Shown here piece by piece: positions 1 to 9,629 of a DNA stretch of 64,000 bases. Both the position numbers and the translations under genes were made by a program. Position 1 is the stretch's first letter. The number at the start of each line of letters is the position of its first letter. The DNA comes from Thainema sp. (GTDB taxonomy: Bacteria > Cyanobacteriota > Cyanobacteriia > Phormidesmidales > Phormidesmidaceae): assembly GCA_052168235.1 (NCBI GenBank), contig JBQLZK010000024.1:27090-91089 (forward strand), in the 5' to 3' direction. The notes beneath the pieces are model-generated. The model was not told where the DNA came from, ran no database searches, and worked only from the letters and a program-made list of their open reading frames with translations.

Positions 1-327
1 CTCAATTACGTTGGTTGCACAGCTCTGGTAGGCACCACCAATTTGCTGGGCCATTGTGTCAGGAAAAACGTGGAACTCTCCATTGGCCAAAGCTTTGATA
101 ATTCCATCGGCGACGAGGGTTGGCGGTTCGGAAATTTCGGCCAGTTCTGCCGCATCGCCTATTCGGTTGAGATCGGGCCAGGATGAACGCTCAATACCAT
201 CGTGCCTTGTTCACTCAGTAATTCTCGAAGCGCTTGAGTAATGGAATAAGCTGCCGCTTTGGAGGTCGAGTAGGCCGCGATTTGCGCCCGTCACTAGAAC
301 AGTTTTGTTGCGGATGTCGTAAGCCAT
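1..327 (-). pseudogene. Short-chain dehydrogenase/reductase (SDR) pseudogene, runs off the left edge
   Basis: AGGAGG RBS, then ATG at 327 gives [18 protein letters not shown] (Rossmann start). This joins out of frame to [32 protein letters not shown] (YxxxK motif). A further frameshift gives GDAAELAE..VADGIIKAL..FHVFPD. The middle of the gene is missing. Confidence 0.85.
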
Positions 328-428
328 GTTGATACCTCCTTTGGGGTTAAAAGTAAACCAAAAGCCTTGAACGATTGGTATAAGTTAAAACAAAAAAATT
401 TAAAAGAAATCCGGTTTCTGAGGCAGCA

Positions 429-2030
429 TCACGTCATAAACTCATCCAGGATCAGTCCCTCATTGGGCAACAGATCCGTTGCTGATTCACCGACGGAGCG
501 ATCCGGACGGGTCGATAGCACCACCCGTCCCGCGACTTGGAGCGGTTGTGGATCTGCGGTTAGGTTAAGCGCGATCGCAAATCGCCGATCCCGCCGATCA
601 GACTGCGATCGCTCATAGACAAACACCCCCTCATCAACCTGCAGCGTCCGATATGCACCCCGGCAAAGGGCTGGCTCCGACTGCCGCAGCGCAATTAGCT
701 TACGGTAAAGCGACAGCATCGATTTTGGATCATCAGCCTGTTCACTCACCGGAGCAGCCTGCGACAGCGGTAGCCAAGGTTGACCTGTCGTAAATCCCGC
801 ATTCGCACTGTCATCCCACAGCATCGGTGTCCGCACCGGATCGCGGCCTAGCCCCTGCCCTGGCACGTTGATCTCCCACGGATCGCGCACCGCTTCCGGC
901 GGAATCACCCCGTTTAGCATTCCTAACTCATCGCCTTGATAGATAGTTGGTGTGCCCCGCAGCGTCAGCAGCAGCATCGCCGCCACCCGCGCCTGCTTTT
1001 GGCCCACACGGCTGGCAATTCGCGGTCGGTCGTGGTTGCCCAACACCCAGTTCGGCCACGCCCCCGGCGGCAGCGCCTCTTCATAGGCTTCCACCAGTGC
1101 GGATAACTTTCTCACATCCCACGCTGCGGTAATCAGCTCAAAGTTAAACGGCAGGTGAAACCCATCATGATTCTGTCCGTAGTAGGCCATCACTTCCGGA
1201 ATCGAACCATAGGCTTCCCCAACCAGCACCCGATTTGCATACTCGTCCGCCACCTGCCGCATCTGTCGCGCAACGGTCAGCACCTCCGGCTGATGAGCCG
1301 TGAATGCTCGCAGGTGACTGCGCGCTGGCCCCATGTGGGTCTGCCAGTCTGGATTAGGCGGATTATTTCGCAGCAGGTAGTCCGGCACCAGATTCTCCAC
1401 CGCATCAATCCGAAAGCCATCCACACCCCAGTCAAACCAAAACCGCATCACGTTCAGCATCTCCGCCTGCACCTCCGGATTGCGCCAGTTGAGCGTCGGC
1501 TGCTGCCGCAGGTAAATGTGCAGATAATACTGGCCCGTCGCCTGATCCAGCGTCCAGGCCGAACCGCCAAACTCACTGATCCAGTTGCTCGGTGGCCCAC
1601 CATCAGCGGCAGGATCGCGCCAAATATACCAGTCTCGCTTGGGATTATCGCGGGAGGAACGGCTAGCGGCGAACCAGGGATGCAGGTCAGAGGTATGCCC
1701 CGGCACAAAGTCCAGCAGAATCTTCAAACCATAGCGGTGAGCAGACTCCATCAGTTGGTCAAACTGCTCCAGACTGCCGAAGATTGGCTCAATGTCGCAA
1801 TAATTCGAGATGTCGTAACCAAAGTCTCGCATCGGCGAGGGAAAAATCGGCGAAATCCAAATGGCGCTTACGCCCAGGTCTGCCAGATAGCCCAGCCGCT
1901 GCTCTATTCCCCGCAGATCACCCACTCCATCACCGTTGCTATCCTGAAACGAACGCGGATAAATCTGGTAAATAATTCCCGTTTGCCACCACAAGTCCTG
2001 TGCAGAATCCTGTTGCCCTGTTACGACCAT
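429..2030 (-). CDS. GH13 alpha-glucosidase / oligo-1,6-glucosidase-like alpha-amylase family protein
   Basis: WWQTGIIYQIYPRSFQDSNGDGVGDLRGI, GFRIDAV, VLVGE, VLGNHD and GRDPVRTPM motifs. Confidence 0.93.
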   Translation of the reverse strand: MVVTGQQDSAQDLWWQTGIIYQIYPRSFQDSNGDGVGDLRGIEQRLGYLADLGVSAIWISPIFPSPMRDFGYDISNYCDIEPIFGSLEQFDQLMESAHRYGLKILLDFVPGHTSDLHPWFAASRSSRDNPKRDWYIWRDPAADGGPPSNWISEFGGSAWTLDQATGQYYLHIYLRQQPTLNWRNPEVQAEMLNVMRFWFDWGVDGFRIDAVENLVPDYLLRNNPPNPDWQTHMGPARSHLRAFTAHQPEVLTVARQMRQVADEYANRVLVGEAYGSIPEVMAYYGQNHDGFHLPFNFELITAAWDVRKLSALVEAYEEALPPGAWPNWVLGNHDRPRIASRVGQKQARVAAMLLLTLRGTPTIYQGDELGMLNGVIPPEAVRDPWEINVPGQGLGRDPVRTPMLWDDSANAGFTTGQPWLPLSQAAPVSEQADDPKSMLSLYRKLIALRQSEPALCRGAYRTLQVDEGVFVYERSQSDRRDRRFAIALNLTADPQPLQVAGRVVLSTRPDRSVGESATDLLPNEGLILDEFMT

Positions 2031-2186
2031 GCGCGTCTCCTAACCGATACCAAGCAATCCAGCCTCACATGGTAATCGGCGGAATCTGAGGTCGCCTAAT
2101 TCTTGGGGCAGAAAAGTTGGAAAAGTGCGATCGCAGTCCTTGCCACTCAATATAAAATCCGAACCCAACGTAAAAACAGGTTGCAC

Positions 2187-2576
2187 TTATCCTTTCGCGA
2201 TTCTTTTGCCAGCTTCAATAGCAGAATTTATTTTCTTCTGAGGTATTCTATTTTTTCGAGCTTCACTAGTCATTAGTTTAAGTTTCTCGACGAAAAAGCC
2301 ACATTGGCTTTCCGACCTCATTTGTTGGTTATAAATAATACTTTTTTTAGAGTTTCGTTTTTGTTTGGTTTTACATAAAGCTAAATCTCGACTCGTATAT
2401 TTAATTTGTTCTAGCTGTAGCTCTGATGGCTGAAATATCTTGCCTCTTTGAGCCTCTAAATGGTGCCGTTCATGATCAGTCAAAAACATGTCTGAAGAGC
2501 AGCCCAGTGCAACATAACAAACGAGGAAGATAACTGCATTTTTCCCGTATTCAAGTATGGTTTCTATTTGCTGCAT
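2187..2576 (-). CDS. Hypothetical AT-rich protein, possible lipoprotein
   Basis: 129-aa ORF; hydrophobic stretch ending in lipobox-like ALGC; no recognisable family. Confidence 0.5.
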   Translation of the reverse strand: MQQIETILEYGKNAVIFLVCYVALGCSSDMFLTDHERHHLEAQRGKIFQPSELQLEQIKYTSRDLALCKTKQKRNSKKSIIYNQQMRSESQCGFFVEKLKLMTSEARKNRIPQKKINSAIEAGKRIAKG

Positions 2577-2629
2577 AGACTGATTGAAAGCTGAATCTAT
2601 ATATCACACTGAGTTTATCAACACTAAAT

Positions 2630-3226
2630 TTAGGTTGAATTCCTGCCAAGCACAATTCCATTAATTAGGCCAACAATTAACCAAGTTATTACCAGTCCAA
2701 ACACCTCACTTACAAATAGATTAGTAACTTGACGTAGCTCTCTTGCGATCGCCCATCCAGCAGCGAGGCCAATCATCCAGGCGAAAGCATTCCAGGCAAT
2801 CCACCAGGTAGAAAATCGAGGCACCGTTTGCCGAATGGCAAACCACTGAACAAACCCAGTCATAACGCCAATTTTCAAGCCGTCGAATGCGCCGTAGATC
2901 AACCGAGCTGACAAAAGCGATAATCCGTCTGGGGCGAACCAGCCAACCACACCAATTGAACTGGCACCTGCAACCCCCCAGGCTAAGGCATTGGCTACAA
3001 TCCACCAGCCGCTTCTCAGTCCGTACCCCATCAGCACCAAGTCTTGAAACAGCCCAACAATGCCGCCACCCAGCAGCCCCTGCCATAGGCCCAGATTGGA
3101 GCGCTCCCCAACCACCACTACAGTCAGACTGAGCATAAAGCCCAGCGTAGTTGCCGCGATCCAAGCAATACTAAAAAGATAGCGGGAGCCTTGAAACGTT
3201 GGTAGAGAACGAGTTTCTGGGCGCAT
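2630..3226 (-). CDS. Hypothetical multi-pass membrane protein
   Basis: 198 aa, about 6 Gly/Trp-rich hydrophobic segments; directly downstream of the GHL10 gene. Confidence 0.8.
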   Translation of the reverse strand: MRPETRSLPTFQGSRYLFSIAWIAATTLGFMLSLTVVVVGERSNLGLWQGLLGGGIVGLFQDLVLMGYGLRSGWWIVANALAWGVAGASSIGVVGWFAPDGLSLLSARLIYGAFDGLKIGVMTGFVQWFAIRQTVPRFSTWWIAWNAFAWMIGLAAGWAIARELRQVTNLFVSEVFGLVITWLIVGLINGIVLGRNST

Positions 3227-3235
3227 TCTGTCATC

Positions 3236-4468
3236 CTAAGAATCTGCAAAAATCGTTTTCAGAAAGTGCTGACGTTGAGCCGGAGACTCCGGGGCTAAGT
3301 AGCCCATTAAGCTTTCCCAGTAGAAGAATGAGACACCATCAAACTGATTTTGGCGAACCAGATCCACTTGTGCCTGAAGCTGGGGGATGCCGACCGGATT
3401 ACTCCAAATTCCGCTGAGCAACGCGATCGCAACTGGAATCTGCTGCTGAGCCGCTTTCACTGAAGCGCGAGACAGCTCAGCCTGCAACTGACTCAACTCA
3501 TTGCGATAAACCTGTAGCACGAGTTCATCAATCCAGCCTTGCTCCACCCAGTGCTGCCAGTCTTGCAGATAGCGGCTGTAGGCAAAGTCTTGAGGATTGG
3601 GAGAAAGGGAGATTATGCAGTCTGGCTTAACTGCCCGAATGGCCCCAACCACTTTCCCCATAAAGGCGCTGATCTGATCGGCTCGCCACCGCATCCATTC
3701 CGGATCAGCGGGATTCGCTGGCGGAGACTGTCCCTGATGCGATCTCTGATAGAGCTGAATCGTCACTGGGTCATATCCCATTTCAATCGGCAATCCAAAG
3801 TGATCGTCCAGTTGAATGCCGTCTACGTTATAGTGGGTGACCACTTCGAGAATGAGTTGCAGAATAAAGTCCTGTACCTCTGGATGAAAGGGATTCAGCC
3901 AGAGATTGGCGCTGCTCGTCCAATCTGCGATCGCAGGTTTATCTCGCTTAAAAAGGACTGTCCAATCTGTCACACTCTCCGGAGTGCTGGCAGCAGTCGT
4001 CGTAAGCCATTCTGGATGGGTTACGGCCAATTTGGATCGAGGCGGCACCATAAATCCGTACTCAAACCAGGGGATGACGTTCAACTGATGCCGATGCCCG
4101 ACTCGAATCATGCTCTTGAGCACATCGGTTCCAGGATGCATGACTGAAAACAGCGGTGCCTGACGACGCCCAATGATGTGTTGAGCGGTATCGCTGGGAT
4201 AAAAGGTATAGCCACGATTCCAAACGACGGGATAGATCGTGTTGAAGTTGAGGCTGGCCAGTTGGTGCAGCGCTCGGTGAATTCCCCAAGGCGCAAATAA
4301 GACGCTACTGCCCACATTGGTCAACCAAACGCCTCGAATTTCATCCGTCCTTGACTGAGTTGGCTGAGCACTTGCCAATCCAGATACCGACAGCAGATGA
4401 GTGGCAATCAACAAGCAGGCAATTCCCAGAATCAGGCTGATCTGTTGCTTAATAGAAACTTGCTTCAT
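3236..4468 (-). CDS. Glycoside hydrolase-like family 10 (DUF187/GHL10) protein
   Basis: Signal peptide; EIRGVWLTN, NTIYPVVWNRG, IPWFEYG, WLNPFHPEVQ and DGIQLDDHF motifs; start placed at MKQV (4468). Confidence 0.88.
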   Translation of the reverse strand: MKQVSIKQQISLILGIACLLIATHLLSVSGLASAQPTQSRTDEIRGVWLTNVGSSVLFAPWGIHRALHQLASLNFNTIYPVVWNRGYTFYPSDTAQHIIGRRQAPLFSVMHPGTDVLKSMIRVGHRHQLNVIPWFEYGFMVPPRSKLAVTHPEWLTTTAASTPESVTDWTVLFKRDKPAIADWTSSANLWLNPFHPEVQDFILQLILEVVTHYNVDGIQLDDHFGLPIEMGYDPVTIQLYQRSHQGQSPPANPADPEWMRWRADQISAFMGKVVGAIRAVKPDCIISLSPNPQDFAYSRYLQDWQHWVEQGWIDELVLQVYRNELSQLQAELSRASVKAAQQQIPVAIALLSGIWSNPVGIPQLQAQVDLVRQNQFDGVSFFYWESLMGYLAPESPAQRQHFLKTIFADS

Positions 4469-4495
4469 ATGAATGCATACGTGCGATCGCACTTG

Positions 4496-4558
4496 AGAAA
4501 CCGGATTTCTTGAGTCTGGGTAACGGGTTGGCAATGCGATCGCAGAAACCCGGTTTCT
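4496..4558. repeat. Two copies of a short dispersed palindrome AGAAACC(C/G)G(G/A)TTTCT, each just after a HIP1 site; third copy at 405-419
   Basis: AGAAACCGGATTTCT 4496-4510; AGAAACCCGGTTTCT 4544-4558; AGAAATCCGGTTTCT 405-419. Confidence 0.65.
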
Positions 4559-5064
4559 GGCATTTCACCCACTTGCCTGTAATTGGCTGATGGCAATGGA
4601 CAGTTCCTGGACGATTGCGGCGATGTTGTCTTTGAATTTATCCATCGATCCACGTGCCAATCTAATTTCCCGAAAAATCTTCAATCCTGCCAACATGCCC
4701 GACAGCTTCATCCAGCGTTGACTGTGCCGCTGAAAAAATTGGGTCAGGTCAGGATAAAAATCTATCCGTAGATATAAGTAATTTGATGACGCAAAATCGC
4801 GGTGTAAGGTGCCCAGCGTCAGGACAGCACAGCAAGTGCAACAAATTGACCCAGTATTTTTGTGGATTCTGTGGATGATGGTTCCAAGCTGAATCAGTTC
4901 TGTTTTATGTTGTTTGCCCTAAAGGATTTGATAGAACGGCGCAGCCGTTCCATCAAAATCCTATGAATAGCAATTGCTAGGACTAACACCATAGCGCAGG
5001 ACTCAAATTTCGGAATCAGAATCAGAAAGTTTACGTTCCTCCACAGAATCACAGAATTGGCACC

Positions 5065-7026
5065 ATGAAATCCGTTATTCACCGTTTAACAACCCTAGCC
5101 GTTGCCACAACGACTGCTGCTCTGGGTCATCTCGCCGTTGGCCCTGCGGCGATGGCAAACCAGTTTGGTCAGCAGGAAATTAGCTCCAATCGTGCGATCG
5201 CAGTTGCGGCCCCCGTCAACAACGGGTCGGCTCACCAACTGCTCATCCTGGAGCAAGTCAGCAGCAGTCGCTCCTGCTGGCAGGAGCAGGCCGGTAATCC
5301 CACAATTGTCGATCCGCTGTTGCTCAACTTTGATTTTTCGGGCATCTGTGGCCGCAGCACCGACAGTAATGGCTACTCTGTGCGGCTCGGTGGTGAGGAT
5401 ATGAACTGGCGCTACAGCCTGCGGGTTGTCCGGCAGAATAACGATATCGTGCTGTATGCCGCCCCGGCTTCCGATCGGACACTGCCGACGCTGGAAATTG
5501 GTCGGGTCGGTGGCGCAACTACTGATTTTGCCAAGATTCGGCTGAATCCCGGCTGGCGATTGACCAAGCGTACCTACAACGGCTCTACGCTAGGCCATTT
5601 CTACCTCACTAACGATCAAACCCTGGCCCAACTGCGAGCATCTTCGACGATTGCGGCTGCGCCACCCAGCTCAACCGGATCGTCTACGAATACGCCATCC
5701 TCTACCACTCCCTCCAGCACAGGCTCAACCACCAGTTCAACAGGCAGCTCAACTTCGGGTTCAACCAGTGGTTCGGTTTCCATTCCCACTGCCAGTTCCA
5801 ATCGTCCTCAGTTGCCTGCGCCACCCTCTACGTCGGTTCCGACCACTTCAACCCCGTCTTCCACCACCTCTGGCTCCAGCACTAGCACCAGTGGCACGTA
5901 TTACCGAGTCACAGTTCCAGTGAATCCCGGTGAGGAAGACAAAGTTCGCGCCGTCGTACCCGATGCCTTCCGCACAACGGTTAACGGACAGTTGGTAATG
6001 CAGACGGGTCTATTCCGCGATCGCGTTGCGGCCACCAGCCAAATTCAGCAGCTCAGCCGCGCTGGTTTAAGGCCGTCACTGGGAACAGTGACGGGTACGA
6101 TTGCCTCATCGGGATCTTCCACATCAACACCTGGCACATCTGGTTCCACAGGTTCGACAGGCTCGACGACTGTGCCGACCACCTCAACTGGATCAACCAG
6201 CTCCAATAGCAACGTTTACTATCGAGTTTCAGTCCCCATCCAAACGCCCAGTCAGGAAGCTCAGGTTCGCGCTATTGAGCCAGGTGCCTTCCGCACGGTC
6301 GTCAACGGTCAGCCGTCGCTGCAAGTTGGCCTTTATCGTGATCGCGCTACCGCGCAAGAGATGCAGCAGCGGGTGGCTAGTGCGACTCGTCTACAAGCCG
6401 TCGTTTCCACCTATAGCGGCCCCATTGCCACGCCCGCACCGTCCACCACTACTCCGACCACTCGCCCCGTACCTCAAACTGGCCTCGTCGTCATGCTTGA
6501 TCCCGGTCATGGCGGCAGAGACCCTGGTGCAGTCGGCATTGGCAGTATCAAAGAGAAGGATATTAACCTATCAATTGCTCAGCGGGTGGCCAGTCGGCTA
6601 GAGCAAAACGGCATCCGGGTAATTATGACCCGCTCCGACGACCGCGAGATTGACTTAGACCCACGGGTGCGAATGGCTGAGCGCTCCAATGTTGACCTCT
6701 TCGTTAGCATCCACGCCAATGCCATCAGCATGAGTCGTCCGGATGTCAACGGCTTAGAAACCTATTACTACTCATCGGGTCTCAATCTAGCTCGTGCTAT
6801 CCACAGCAGCGTTTTGCGCAACACCGATATGCGCGATCGTGGAGTTCGCCAAGCTAATTTCTACGTGATTAGAAACACGTCGATGCCTGCGGTGTTGGTC
6901 GAAACGGGCTTTGTCACAGGCCGCGAGGATGCAGCCCGATTAAGCAATATCAACACTCGCAATCAAATTGCAGATGCGATCGCAGATGGCATTCTGACCT
7001 ACTCTGGCCAAACCGCTTCCCGCTAA
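5065..7026 (+). CDS. N-acetylmuramoyl-L-alanine amidase (Amidase_3) with N-terminal DUF3747-like domain and two SPOR-like repeats
   Basis: Signal peptide; QLLILEQ..CW..VDPLLLNFDFSGICGRSTDSNGYS; S/T linkers; two YYRVxVP..AFRTxVNGQ..QxGLxRDR repeats; catalytic DPGHGG, EK, SIHAN, LVETG. Confidence 0.9.
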   Translation: MKSVIHRLTTLAVATTTAALGHLAVGPAAMANQFGQQEISSNRAIAVAAPVNNGSAHQLLILEQVSSSRSCWQEQAGNPTIVDPLLLNFDFSGICGRSTDSNGYSVRLGGEDMNWRYSLRVVRQNNDIVLYAAPASDRTLPTLEIGRVGGATTDFAKIRLNPGWRLTKRTYNGSTLGHFYLTNDQTLAQLRASSTIAAAPPSSTGSSTNTPSSTTPSSTGSTTSSTGSSTSGSTSGSVSIPTASSNRPQLPAPPSTSVPTTSTPSSTTSGSSTSTSGTYYRVTVPVNPGEEDKVRAVVPDAFRTTVNGQLVMQTGLFRDRVAATSQIQQLSRAGLRPSLGTVTGTIASSGSSTSTPGTSGSTGSTGSTTVPTTSTGSTSSNSNVYYRVSVPIQTPSQEAQVRAIEPGAFRTVVNGQPSLQVGLYRDRATAQEMQQRVASATRLQAVVSTYSGPIATPAPSTTTPTTRPVPQTGLVVMLDPGHGGRDPGAVGIGSIKEKDINLSIAQRVASRLEQNGIRVIMTRSDDREIDLDPRVRMAERSNVDLFVSIHANAISMSRPDVNGLETYYYSSGLNLARAIHSSVLRNTDMRDRGVRQANFYVIRNTSMPAVLVETGFVTGREDAARLSNINTRNQIADAIADGILTYSGQTASR

Positions 7027-7036
7027 TCAAAACCAT

Positions 7037-7080
7037 AAAAAGCGAAGAGTCGCCGCGACGCGGCGACTCTTCGCTTTTTT
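7037..7080. terminator. Bidirectional intrinsic terminator
   Basis: Perfect 21-bp inverted repeat AAAAAGCGAAGAGTCGCCGCG-A-CGCGGCGACTCTTCGCTTTTT between convergent genes. Confidence 0.9.
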
Positions 7081-7086
7081 GAAAAC

Positions 7087-7788
7087 CTAACAAGCCGACA
7101 TGGTGCAGGGCGATTGCAGAACAATATCTGCCGCCTGCCCCAGATTATCCACGATGTAGTCCGGGTTGTACTGGGCCAGATTATTGCGATCGCGGATGCC
7201 ACTCAGCAAGGCAATTATCGGGACACCGTGGAGCTGAGCCGCCACAATATCGGCTTCCGTGTCGCCCGCCATCCACACCTGAGCCGCCGGTTCCAGTTCA
7301 AGTTGCGATCGCTCCATCAGCAGCGGCTTTTCCTGCACGTCGGTCGTCTTCACGTAGTCATTTTCCAGGTAATACCGACAGTGCGACGCAAAAAAGCGAT
7401 GCAGGTCATATTGATCCAGCGCATGTTCCAGTTCGCGCTGTTTCCGCATCGTCATCACCACCAGTTCAACCCCTTTAGCCTGGAGCCGCTCTAGGGCTTC
7501 CACCGCTCCTGGTACCAGTCGATCGTGAATCAAATTGGGCAGCGCGTGAACATTCTCTCGCCGTAGTCGGGCAAACTTCTGCGCCTGTTCAGCATCTAAG
7601 CCAGACATTTGACCAATTTTGCGCTCAGGCACCCGTGCCCGCTTCAATTTCCAAAATTCGGCTTTCTCTAACGGCGTGACAGACTGGGATGAATATCGGG
7701 TTTCCGCTAAACAGAACTGATACACCCGATAGTAACGCTCTGACACATCAATAATCGGGCCATCGAAATCGGTAATGAGTCTTAGCAT
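7087..7788 (-). CDS. HAD-family hydrolase (phosphoglycolate phosphatase-like)
   Basis: LITDFDGPI motif I, VVMT motif II, K, GDTEAD motif IV. Confidence 0.9.
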   Translation of the reverse strand: MLRLITDFDGPIIDVSERYYRVYQFCLAETRYSSQSVTPLEKAEFWKLKRARVPERKIGQMSGLDAEQAQKFARLRRENVHALPNLIHDRLVPGAVEALERLQAKGVELVVMTMRKQRELEHALDQYDLHRFFASHCRYYLENDYVKTTDVQEKPLLMERSQLELEPAAQVWMAGDTEADIVAAQLHGVPIIALLSGIRDRNNLAQYNPDYIVDNLGQAADIVLQSPCTMSAC

Positions 7789-8078
7789 GAGCGATATAAA
7801 TCAATCTCCCAGGATGAATATAAAGAGTAGTTAACGGGTAACGGCGGTTTGCAGTATGAGCAGATCTGACTCCAGCTATATATGAACTTCTATTAACACT
7901 AGTGTCTAGCCTACCGACTCTATTAGCGGCTTGCAGCAATCTTCATCACGCTCTGCTCAGATTACCGATAAGTTTTACCTGAATCGATTAATAAAAACTA
8001 AAGCGTACAGGTAAAAGAGACATACTCGCACGCTTTTCACCTGAACGCTTTCAATGACTGGAATCCGAGTGAAGTTCA

Positions 8079-9350
8079 CTATCCGGCTTGCGAAGGAGCT
8101 GTGCCCGGACTGAGGCAATTTTCGCCGTCGTAGTCTACATTGACTCGAAACGTGTAGGCTCTTGGCCCTTCCGCTGCAGGTATATCGTATGATTGCACAG
8201 CTTGTAATGCGTCCTCATTCAGTCCTTTGTAGCCCGTACTACGGAGCAACTGTGGCTCTGCCAGCAATTCACCGTTGGCATCAGCGACTACACCGATGGA
8301 TGCATTCCGTGGCTCTTGCCCTGGCAAGCAGGTGCGTAGCGGATATTCAATCGTCAAATCGATGGGTTCATTGACATTGAGGGTTTCGCCTTCACTGATT
8401 TCTGGCGGTAGCGAGGCAATCCAATCTTCCATGTTCTGACTCGCTGCTTCACCACTTGTATTCTCAGGGTTGTAGCTATAGAGTTCGCGCAGTTGAGCAT
8501 ACTCTGCGGCAGCCGTGCCCGCTTCTGGTGAGGGAGAAGGCGATGGAGAAGGCGATACGACCACTTCTTCATCGGGATTTTCAGACTCTTCACCCGGATC
8601 ACCCGCTTCAGCATCCGGAGAAGAACTTCCTTCAGGGGATGGACTGGTTTCGGGATCAGACGGCGAGGGTGAAGCCCCAGGTGTCACAGGAGGAATCAAA
8701 TCTTCAGCACTGCCATTTTCCGCTTCCGACGATTGGGGCTGTCGCGATCGCGCAATTAAATCATCCAAAGCTGGAATGCTGCCACTGGTGCCAAATGAGC
8801 CAGAGGCCAGCGGATCGCTGGGTGTAGCAGGTGCGCTGGGCTGCGGCTGCGGCTGTGGTTGACGCGGAATAGCTGGCCTAACCGTTCGTGGAGCAGGTAC
8901 GGCTCCCGGAATCGAGCGGGAAGTTGGATAGCGTGTCGATGGCAAACCCGACGAAACAGAAGGCCGACGGCCAATAATTCCGCCAGGACTAATTGGTGAT
9001 GAGGGAACCCGACGACTACCAGAGGGAGACGAAAACGAATCCGCTCCTGGGAACAAATCTCCATTGGGGGGCGGTGGTGTTAAACCGAAGGAACCCGAAT
9101 CAAATGGACTAGATGGCAACAGCGATCGCGGCGATCGCTCCAAGTCCGGTAGCCGCGACTGCTGTTCAGGAGTCAGCTCAACCACTGACACAGGTTCTGG
9201 TGGCTGTGCCTCTGCGCTGGAGGTGCCGCTAGAAAATAGAGGCAAAAACGCGAAAACCAACCCGTGAATCCCCAACGAAATCAAAATGGCCAGCGTTGAA
9301 GGTTCTGTGAACAAATTGGATGCGGACTTCGCAGATGAAGAAACAGTCAT
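8079..9350 (-). CDS. TonB-like protein (N-terminal TM, Pro/Ser-rich linker, TonB C-terminal-like domain)
   Basis: ISLGIHGLVF TM with SxxxH; long P/S-rich region; C-terminal YP..V.V.ANGE..LLRSTGY.GLNEDALQAV; start placed at MTVSS. Confidence 0.7.
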   Translation of the reverse strand: MTVSSSAKSASNLFTEPSTLAILISLGIHGLVFAFLPLFSSGTSSAEAQPPEPVSVVELTPEQQSRLPDLERSPRSLLPSSPFDSGSFGLTPPPPNGDLFPGADSFSSPSGSRRVPSSPISPGGIIGRRPSVSSGLPSTRYPTSRSIPGAVPAPRTVRPAIPRQPQPQPQPSAPATPSDPLASGSFGTSGSIPALDDLIARSRQPQSSEAENGSAEDLIPPVTPGASPSPSDPETSPSPEGSSSPDAEAGDPGEESENPDEEVVVSPSPSPSPSPEAGTAAAEYAQLRELYSYNPENTSGEAASQNMEDWIASLPPEISEGETLNVNEPIDLTIEYPLRTCLPGQEPRNASIGVVADANGELLAEPQLLRSTGYKGLNEDALQAVQSYDIPAAEGPRAYTFRVNVDYDGENCLSPGTAPSQAG

Positions 9351-9629
9351 ACCAAAATTAAGAGTGGAGGGCTTTATTCCCAAAATAGTTAATCTTCGGA
9401 TCGGGATCAGCGCGGTTTCAGTTTTACCAACGAGAAATCAATCCGTTATCGATCTGTTTCATTGTGCCAGAAAGCATTCGTGATCGGCGTAAGACTGGGT
9501 CGGCAAAATTAATACCAGCGAGAGTGCTGAGAGCTGAGCACTGAGTTAGATTGCATTACGCCTCACTCTTCACTCCTCTCGCCTCACTTCTTTCCCTCTG
9601 GACGCGATTGCCGTGATAAAGTTGCGTCT

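Noticed and set aside
1155..2075. 306-aa plus-strand ORF and the many other antisense or nested ORFs in the track
   Set aside because: Shadow frames of well-supported genes, with no motifs of their own.
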